Assembly (NCBI GenBank): GCA_964106645.2
Contig: OZ067052.1
Origin: Podarcis pityusensis
Taxonomy: Eukaryota
DNA length: 64,000 nt
Reading direction: 5' to 3' (one strand)
Translations under genes and position numbers: made by a program
Shown: positions 55,053 to 64,000 of the stretch, piece by piece
Layout of the letters: the number at the start of each line of letters is the position of its first letter
Position numbering within the stretch: position 1 is the stretch's first letter
Notes under the pieces: generated by a model
The model's database searches: none
Told to the model about the DNA's origin: nothing
Seen by the model: only the letters and a program-made list of their open reading frames with translations

Positions 55053-55684
55053 GCTTAAAGCATGCAAGCAAACCAACCAACCAACCAACCAACCAATAAA
55101 TAGATGACAACAATAACATGCAGTTGGGGTGTTTCAATCAAGCTCTTCTTCAAGGGAAACGGGTGGTAGGTGTGCCATATTTGTAAAAGAGTTCCACAAT
55201 TTTCTAAATGTCTCCTCAATGAAAACATGTGATGCTTGTCTCCCTGTCTTAACTCTAAACTTAAAGAGAGCAGAATACACCAAATATTGTGCTGCATGAG
55301 AGCAGATGCTGCTTATTTACAGGGCACGCCTATGTGGACCCCTTTTTGGACCCCTTACCCACTTCCTATGAACTGCAGCCCCTAATGTCAAATTATACAC
55401 TATGGAGCTGGCTCTTGGTATCCACTGCTAGGGGAAGTTGGGATCACTATGTCAGGGAACAGTGTGGACCATCCTGGGTGTAGCTACCACCCCCTTCAAA
55501 GGGAAACTAATCAAATCTGCAACTCTGGCTCTTTTAGCAGTACAATTTCAAAAATAAAAATAAAATGGGCTAAGCTTTTTACGAAGATTTTTTTTACTGA
55601 AAATGTTTTACCATCTCCTCTTGGTTTTGATGCATTTCACTCTTATTGCTGATTTGGTTTAATGAGTTGGTGGGGGAGTTGTCC

Positions 55685-55726
<42 letters not shown>

Positions 55727-56098
55727 TAGCAATATGCCAGTTTGTGAAATATAAACTTGAAAAGCAGTCTTGAAATAGAAGCAAATTAATGAGTTAGGAA
55801 TCAACAGCTCTGATTCCTCCCACCAGCAACACCCGGGCTCTGGGACAAACTACTCCTGCCCCATTGTGGCCTTCCAATGAGAAAAAAGGTTGCCCACTTC
55901 TGATCGTGTGTTTCAATCACTTCTTTAGAGTGCTATTTTAACAGATACAAAGAAAAAAATATGATTGCGCTCAAAGGTAATCCTCATTAATGTAATACAA
56001 ATTAAATTATGCTCTCATAAGAGGGAATCCCAGTCCTTAAAGGCAACACACACCACCTTGAAATAAAGGACATGAGAATAAAAAGCACAAACACTTAC

Positions 56099-56146
56099 CT
56101 CGCCCTGGAAACTTTTCAGTAGTGGAGCTACCTGTTTGCGCAGGTC
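56099..56146 (-). CDS. CUX1: CUX1/CASP coding exon 3 (48 nt): DLRKQVAPLLKSFQGE
   Basis: Peptide matches vertebrate CUX1. Acceptor cag|GAC (AG at 56147-48), donor GAG|gtaagt. Phase 0-0. Confidence 0.96.
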
Positions 56147-58562
56147 CTGGAAGATAAAAGCAAACACACACCCATTAAGAAACAGATCACTAAAAAAGCA
56201 GCAAAAAATGCAACTGTTTGAATGCATTTGATGTAAATTCCATCAGTTAGTCTTGCAGCACTTCTACCAATTTTATCATATTAGCTGAAGGCTGATTACA
56301 TTTTTAATCGAAACACTGCTACGAGCAAGGAGTTCAGCAGAAATCCATTTTTAACTGGCTTATGATTCCAGCCTGATACACAATTACGGTTGTCCCAAGG
56401 GAGGAGAATTAGTTAACAAAAGCCTGTAGTAATGTTGGATAATCAGTGAACTCCTTCAGTCTAACAACTCAACTGAAACAGTGCAATGAATGACTAATGG
56501 GATGTAAAACATGTGTAGCCACATGGAAAGGGATCAAGCTAGACCCCTGTTTGAAGCACAGCCTCCTCCTGACGAGCCAGGAATTGGGCATCATTTATTT
56601 AGATTTACAGCCTTGCCTGCTCCATGGGATTTACGCAGCCCTGCTTAAGGAGAGGGAGCACACGTCATTAGCAACCCCCTTGCCTCTCTCCAAAATCCCC
56701 ACCTCCAAGAGGAGACAGGCCTTCCTTGAGCTTTTGCGCAAGGCCTTTTAATGCCCAGCCCCCAAAGTTGACACTATCGTAACTGTAATTAAGAGAATCT
56801 ACGATAGAAAATCCTCAAGCCAGAGAACAAAGAAACAAAGCAAAACACAAATAAAATCACCAAAAAGAATGGTGGGCAAAGAGATCAAATTGCAGCTAAT
56901 AATAATAATAAAAATGATTAGGTGCCCTAAACTCTGACACCTTGAATGCATTGTGTGCAGAAGCCAGGGGTGTAAATTACAGAGATGAAGAACATTAAAA
57001 TAAAAAAGGAACATCAGAACATGCGCCGGGCCAGTGTTTCAAGGGCCCAGATCCTGAATAATTTAGCTGATCTCACTGGGCAGCTGGTTCCATATCTGGA
57101 GAGCAACACAAAGAATGCCCCAACCACAGTGGCCAGCAGCCCAGCCAATGCTGGAACCATCAATAGGTTCTTTAAACTGGAGCTCAATGAGATATTACCC
57201 ATGGAGCCCTGGGGCTGAGCATGTGAAGTTCTTGACTAAGCCTGCCCCCTACTGGAGGTTGGTGTGAGGAGCCGAGACAGGCTGGAGGTTTCATCCCATA
57301 GACACCAGGCCTGGTCAAATTGTATTATTCAGTTATTGAAATACGTTCAGCTTGACTTTGTGCCCCAAGGCAGCTCGCAACAATAATTAAAAATGCAATA
57401 ATAAAACAACGATATAAGTTTAATTATACGTATAGACCCATGTCCCCTTAAAGGGACAGGGGAACAGGCTGCCCACATTATTCAGCATCCATGTAGCCAT
57501 TTTCCAGGTCACTTGTGCCTAGGAAGAATTACCTTTGGCTGACCAGGCAAAGACTCCCATTTTATCCTTGAAGAGACGACCTCTCCCTTCTCCTCCTATC
57601 AATGACCAACAGGGGCACATGTGGATAGCACAAAAGGGCTATTGTCTTCATGCCTCACTTGAGGGCTTCTCCAAGAGTCTACCTGGCTACTGTTGAGAAG
57701 GCCAATGCCTTTAAGTTCTGCTTATGGGCTTCCCAGAGGAGATAACATGGTGTGTCTTCTTGTGTCCCCTTGCAAGAAATTTTTGGGCAAGACGGAGCCC
57801 TAACTCTCACTGAAAACATACTGCTTTTACCTCCCTCCCCATGTCCCTTTGCCTCCCAGGAGCAAATGGGCGGCTTCAACACTTCCCACTGTGGAAATGA
57901 TGCACTGATGGGGGCTTCGCTGGTAGTGGGAAGTTGTAGGGGAGGGGAAATGGGTGCAGAAGAGAGAACAGGTGGGGAAAACCCTTCATGCACATAATTG
58001 TTGGTTCTCTCTGCTGCTGATCTGAAATATTCTTCTAGATTTATTGCTGGCTGTTTTTGAAAATTCTTTATCCAACCATATCCCTCAATTTTATACCACT
58101 GTCAGCTGCTATTTCCCCTTTCTTTCAGCTAAACTGGACAAACCAAAAAGGAAGGAAGCCGCAAGGCGTGATGCATGAGAAATCTGTAATGTTGGGAGAA
58201 CAATGAAGGCTGTCTGATGATTTGGGTCGCAATCAAAAACTGGAGGAGGAGGAGAAGCCAAGGCCAGCCTTCTGTAGCAAGTCACTAATCACACATTAGA
58301 GCTCTGAAACTCTATGTGGCACTGAACACTTGAACAAACAAGTATTTGTTAACACAAACGACTGAAACGTTCCAAGCACTTCTTCGCAAATTAAACTGGT
58401 AACATCGTTCCTCAAAAATATCTCTTGCTGCTTGCCACAAGAAAGCAATGAACCATCATGGTCTAAAAAAAAAGAAGGCTTGCTTTTTACAGTGGGTTGA
58501 AGTCAGTCTCTCTCTCTCTCTCTCTGTTTCTCTCTGTGTCTCTCTCTTTAACAAAGCAAATG

Positions 58563-58597
<35 letters not shown>

Positions 58598-58949
58598 CCT
58601 TCTCCACCAAAAAAGGAAATTATAATATATGGAGATGTTTGACGGCACGGATGAAGAATCTGTGGCCCTCAACATGCTGTTTTACTCCGACTCTCATCAG
58701 TCCCAGCCAGCACGCTCAATGGTCAGCGATGACGGCAGCTGGAGTCCATCTTAAGGACCACAGGCTTCCCATCTCAGTTTCTTGGTCAAAGGAAATGTGA
58801 CAACACACAGTTTTTAGAAATTGAGACTATGGCAGGGAGAGAGGAGGAGTTTAACTTTTCCCCACTGCTGTGATCTCGACACTCCCAACAGCCATCCTTT
58901 CAGTTCACAGAAGCACTCAATTCCCCACCACAGAATTGCACAAGTCTGT

Positions 58950-58989
<40 letters not shown>

Positions 58990-59566
58990 ACACACACACA
59001 CACAAATAACACCCACCCACCCAAATACACACACACCCTCCACTACTGAGATAATACATGTGCAATCCATTACTAGCATTTAAAAATCAGGAAATCCTGC
59101 TGAAATCCAAACTGAGTGGAAGTCAAGGGATATCAGAATAACCAATTTTTAAAAAGTATTAACAGAGGGAATCCAATCATCCCGAGTGAAAACCAGTCAT
59201 CCAAACATGGGAAGCAGTTTTCTACCTAGTCGGATTGTTAGTCCATCTGAGCCAGTGCTGTGCACTCTGACTTGCAGATGTCCTTCGAAAGCTTTCCCAG
59301 CCTGCTACCATAATCTTTTAAGATGGAGATGCTACGGACTGAATCTGGGGCGCTCAAGGTTGACACCAAAAGGTGTGTCTTTTAAGTTTTACGTTGTTAC
59401 AGGCCAGCCTCTGCTGCCAAGCTGAACTTGTGACTGCAGGCAGGCAAATGTTCAATGTAAGTAGCTGAGAGGTATCGAAGACGATGGGGAAGCTATAAGA
59501 AATAAATGTAAGAAACCAGTCTCCTCCACCTCCCAGACTCATCAGTCAGTACCACTCTGCCTAACC

Positions 59567-59702
59567 CAGGCTTCCTCAACCTCAGCCCTCCAGATGTTTT
59601 TGGCCTACAAGTCAGATGGTCCCTAGCTAGCAGGACGAGTGGTCAGGGATGATGAGAATTGTAGTCTCAAAACTTCTGGAGGGCCGAAGTTGGGGAAGCC
59701 TG
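59567..59702. mobile_element. hAT-type palindromic MITE
   Basis: TIR CAGGCTTCCTCAAC...GTTGGGGAAGCCTG. 8-bp TSD GCCTAACC/GCTTAACC with one mismatch. Relatives near 12755-12850, 23590-23648, 27068-27183 and 58662-58777. Confidence 0.8.
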
Positions 59703-59892
59703 GCTTAACCATTCACCTAGCTTCCACAGGTGACCAGGAATTCCATGCTGATGACCAAGCAAGCGGGCCAGTGGAGGAGGAGCAAATGGCTCGGTCATTT
59801 CTCAGCCAGCCCACTTGGTAGACGGCACACTTTTTACTAGCCTGCCAAGAGGTGGATAGCCTGCTCATTCCTTCTAGCTGTAGAGGTCAGTA

Positions 59893-60112
59893 CAGTGGTA
59901 CCTAGGGTTACAAACACTTCAGGTTACAGACTCCGCTAGTCCCGAAGTAGTACCTTGGGTTAAGAACTTTACTTCCGGATGAGAACAGAAATTGTGTGGC
60001 AGCAGCGCGGCGGGAGGCCCCATTAGCTAAAGTGGTACCTCAGGTTAAGAACAGTTTCACGTTAAGAACGGACCTCCGGAACGAATTAAATTCTTAACCA
60101 GAGATACCACTG
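59893..60112 (-). mobile_element. Tc1/mariner MITE, family A, copy 3 (opposite orientation)
   Basis: Reverse complement of copies 1 and 2. TA flanks at 59891-92 and 60113-14. Confidence 0.9.
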
Positions 60113-60394
60113 TATGCATATATTAGGGGCACTGTAGATACAAGACCTGTTTGGAAGAGAGGGACTGACAAAATGATTCGGTGCCTTGATTCCATACAGC
60201 TGATTCTGTCGCAAATTATTCAAAAGCCACCTAACAATATAGATTTTGCACCTTCTGTTTCAATTTCACTATCATGGGTCAGGTGGACAACTTCACCTTT
60301 TTGCTTTCTGTCAACAGCTGTGGAGAACATTTTGATCCCTAAATGGTCTTGCCTGCTCTATGGTTGTCGTCCCCCCCCCCCCCCGTATGTGTAT

Positions 60395-60451
<57 letters not shown>
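60395..60451 (+). repeat. (AC)n(AG)n microsatellite. Others at about 18930-18972, 37560-37622, 49692-49722, 55685-55724, 58565-58595 and 58955-59035.
   Basis: Read directly. Confidence 0.95.
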
Positions 60452-60457
<6 letters not shown>

Positions 60458-62742
60458 CTTCCAGAATTCTCCAGCTATTTGCAGCCCTCATTTGACAAAA
60501 TGACCCTCCGGGGATCCTACGACCTAGACAGGGTTCTCATCCGTAAAGTATTGTATCTGTAAGCAAAATGAATTTGGAAGGAAGAGGCTCCTGGATTCCC
60601 TGACTCTGCCGTGGTTCATTTCTCTCTCTCTCTGCAAACGTCCTGCACACTGGCTGGAGAGAGTTGGAGTACTGATGAGGAGGGGGGTGGAGAGAAGCAG
60701 CCCGGTCACATCAGCGTCAGTGACATCATTAGTTCAGCTGTCGCATCCAATTGTGGAGCCGGCTCATCACGCAGGAGACGCTCCAGTTTTCTGACTGTCT
60801 ACCCCTTTTGCATTTCCTCCCTTGTTAGGAGACATTTAATAAGGAACTAGCAAGTGACCCTACACTGAAAATTGGCCAAGGCTGAACATTATGATTCCAG
60901 ATGCTTTCTGACAAGAACTTGAGAGCAACTTATCGAGGAGGGGAGGTATTTTGCTCTCTCAGGCCACATGAAGAGAAGAACCAGCATGTACTGAGCATAC
61001 ACTACCTCTTTAAAACGGAGGGGGACGGATGGACGGCAGGAACACACCATTTCTTGGAGACAAAATGCTTACAAAGGGTGTGAGCCAGAGTTCCCCATAA
61101 TTCTGATAGCTTGACATAGAAGCGCACGTTCCCCAAGGCATTTAAAGCATGGCTGGAGAAGTAAATGTTCACCCGCAGAGTTGTCCTTGTGGGTCTCTGC
61201 ACGAGTCACTCTTTTGGCAGAGGCAGAAAACAACTCAAGCAGAGAGGTGACGGGTACTCCTTCTCAGAGCACATGATTCTGCTGGGTCTTTGCATCAAGA
61301 GCAATTGAATCAAAGGAGGCTGAATTTATGGAGCTGAGGTCAGAGCAGCTACGGTAGTCACCGAGAGATACAGTGGGCAGCCTCTGCGTGGATGGGTATT
61401 TTGGACTTTCAGGAATATTTCAAAGTTTGTTTATTCTTGTGATGTGCTTGTCATTCTACTACGGAACACACAGTTTGCTTATTAGTGCCATAGGTTGCTG
61501 AAGAACAGAGAAGCATTTCCTGCATATAAATTCATAACAAGAATAGAGCAAACAGCCTCCACGTATTGCACTTTTAAAAAAACCCAAAAAACCACCCATA
61601 GAGACAGCAGCTGACTGGCTGTCCCAAAGAACCAGAGAGGGAGGGTGTTAGTTGCCTTGCCAGCCCAATGTAGTGAAAATAAGGGATAGAATTTAAACAG
61701 AAATGAATACATGGAGCAGACAGAAGGGCAGTCATCCTGGCCTCCCTCCCCCCATGAATGTTTCCCTTTTATATAGTCAACTAAGTGAAATCCCAGCACT
61801 CACCACCAAGTATTTAATGGCAACAAGCTCCCATTAATATTAAACCACATGCTAAAACAACCTGGCTGCTCAATAAATACACATTGTTTTGCTGCCCATA
61901 AATGGGGCAGGCCTTTGTGAAGAGTGCATCTTGGGAGAACTATATGATCTTCCAGAACATCTATTTGCATATTTACAGGTCAAGAAGAAAGGGAAGAGTA
62001 AGAAAAAGCAGCAGGCGGCACTACCCCCAAGGCAGAATGAACCACTGGGCCGTTCATTATGTGCCCAACCAGTCAACGATCAATTCATTTACTGAAATAC
62101 TTATTTCTAACAATGAGTATATAAACTGCCCTCCCCAGAAATCTATTCCATGCTACAGCAAAATAAAATTACACTATTTTTCAATTACATCTCTGTCGCT
62201 AGCTACTTCTTCTGGCTTAAAAAAAACCAAACTTAACTTTTACATTAGCAGAAAAAGAGCACACTGGTGCTTTAAGAATTTTAGGCCACAGATCTTGTGA
62301 AAATTCCATTAGCTTTAATTATTTATCAGAAGAAGATTTAGATTACTGTTCCTGACCTATTTTTTCCGGCGCACAGGCCCGCCCAGCAAGGAAATCAAAG
62401 AGAATGGCATTTGCAAATAACTTACTGAGGTTGAGCAAGTCTGGTTTTATAAGTATGAATCAAACAAGAAACATGTGTCAAGATGCTATACACTTGCTTC
62501 TGGAACAGCTGTATGGTGTTAGTGTTCCAACCTTGTATTTTGACATCAAAACTGCATTGTCAAGTTTGCTCAGACACATCTGGGCACTCCCTCCTTTGTG
62601 CTTCCTCCAAAATCTCCAAGTTTTGAGTGTTCAAGTCAGAATGTTTCAGTTCTCTGTGGAGAAACTACCAGGGGTACATTTGCCCACATATGGAGTGAAT
62701 GTAGTTGAATGATGTTTTGTAAAAATCAACAAAACTGTAGTA

Positions 62743-62963
62743 CAGTGGACGCTTGGGTTGTGAACGTGATCCGTGCGGGATGCACATTCGCAACCCGCAG
62801 TGTTCGCAATCCGCGTCTGTGCAAGCGTGGGTTGCGATTTGGCGCTTCTGCGCATGCGCGAAAGCCAAAACCTGGAAGTAACCCATTCTGGTACTTCCGG
62901 GTTTCAGCAGTCCGTAACCTGAAAAAACGCAACCTGAAGCGGCTGTAACCCAAGGTATGACTG
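62743..62963. mobile_element. Tc1/mariner-type MITE, related family B, CpG-rich
   Basis: TA|CAGTGGACGCTTGGGTTG ... GTAACCCAAGGTATGACTG|TA. The right end resembles family A. Confidence 0.75.
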
Positions 62964-63859
62964 TATATGAGATCCTGATAGTACCTCCAACAGCATATGC
63001 CAGGAGTTTCAAACATAATTCGATGGCAATTTTATTTATTGAAGGTTATAATTTTGGAACATTATGTTGATGAACAAACATGCTTGTGGATGGAAAGTTC
63101 ATGCAGGAGATATATTTAGGCAGAACTGGACCCTTTTATGTCATGCTGAAATTGAGTGAGACCTACACAACTCAGAATGAACATGGCTTAGATATGATTT
63201 GAAATTTAATGCAGGTTGTTGATTTCACTATGCAGATACTTGGAAGAATAGGTAGATTTATTGCTTACTTTCATGTATTTTTAAAAATTAAAAAGTAACC
63301 ATCTTGGCTGCCCACCAAACACTCTCACACACATAACGGGGTGGGTGGGTCTGAGTTTCAGGTGCTTATCTGGCACCAGGATTGCTGTTGCTACTGTCAC
63401 TACATGTTCCCCCAGTGCCAACACAGCGCTAAGGATGTACAAAAGTAACCTAAGCTCTGGTCCAGGGGGACTTGTAGTCTGAGGCAAAAAAAGGACAAAT
63501 GCAGTTTGTAGTTCATGTAAATAGATTTGCAAAAGGGGCCTGAGAGGGAGAGGGACACAAAGAGCATGCGTTGAAGTAAGATAATTGCTTCAAAAATGTT
63601 TTTTGTCCTGCTTTTCTTTTTCTTTCTTTTTTTTATAAATAATTTTTATTGAATGATTTTATGTTACAAAAAATAATACAGCCATACTACCATACTTTTC
63701 AGACAAATATTGTCTCTTAAAGCAGCTCACATTAGCAGGAGCGGTAATAATAATAATTATTATTATAATAATACACATGCCCCATCTTCAGGCTTATAAA
63801 CTAAAAGTGTAAGACACAGAAGGGTAGGGGGAAAGGCAGAGGATACATATAAATTTTGG

Positions 63860-64000
63860 CAATGGAATGAAGAAGTCCCAGCGAAAGAAGAATGGATACA
63901 AAAACTTACGGGATATGCAGAAATGGCGAAACTTACTGGTAAAGTAAGAAATCAAGACAACAAACTTTTTTTATATAAAAGAATGGAAATGGTTCATTGA
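63860..64000 (+). mobile_element. L1-clade LINE ORF2 C-terminal fragment running off the window end
   Basis: Translates as WNEEVPAKEEWIQKLTGYAEMAKLTGKVRNQDNKLF..KEWKWFI with a frameshift, resembling squamate L1 ORF2 ends. Confidence 0.65.

Overview
This is vertebrate genomic DNA from a squamate reptile. Sauria SINEs and a tRNA-Lys/CR1 SINE suggest a lacertid lizard. The whole window lies inside one minus-strand gene, CUX1 (Cut-like homeobox 1 / CASP). I traced 13 consecutive coding exons (human-numbering exons 3-15, 56146 down to 1756, 1756 nt in total). All have GT-AG boundaries and compatible phases. They encode the N-terminal coiled coil shared by CUX1 and the Golgi protein CASP, then the first CUX1-specific exon with CUT repeat 1. 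Exons 1-2 and 16 onward were not found and presumably lie outside the window. The introns hold SINEs, LINE fragments (L1, Rex1, CR1, L2), Tc1/mariner and hAT MITEs, Penelope-like remnants, microsatellites and one 144-nt assembly gap. I found no convincing wholly new biological system. The best leads are RNA-level hypotheses: a candidate 42/17-nt cassette exon in intron 8, a lizard counterpart of the exon 9-11 circRNA ORF, an inverted SINE pair around exons 5-8, and decayed hammerhead-ribozyme motifs. Exon numbering, human comparisons and repeat family names come from memory, not from a search.
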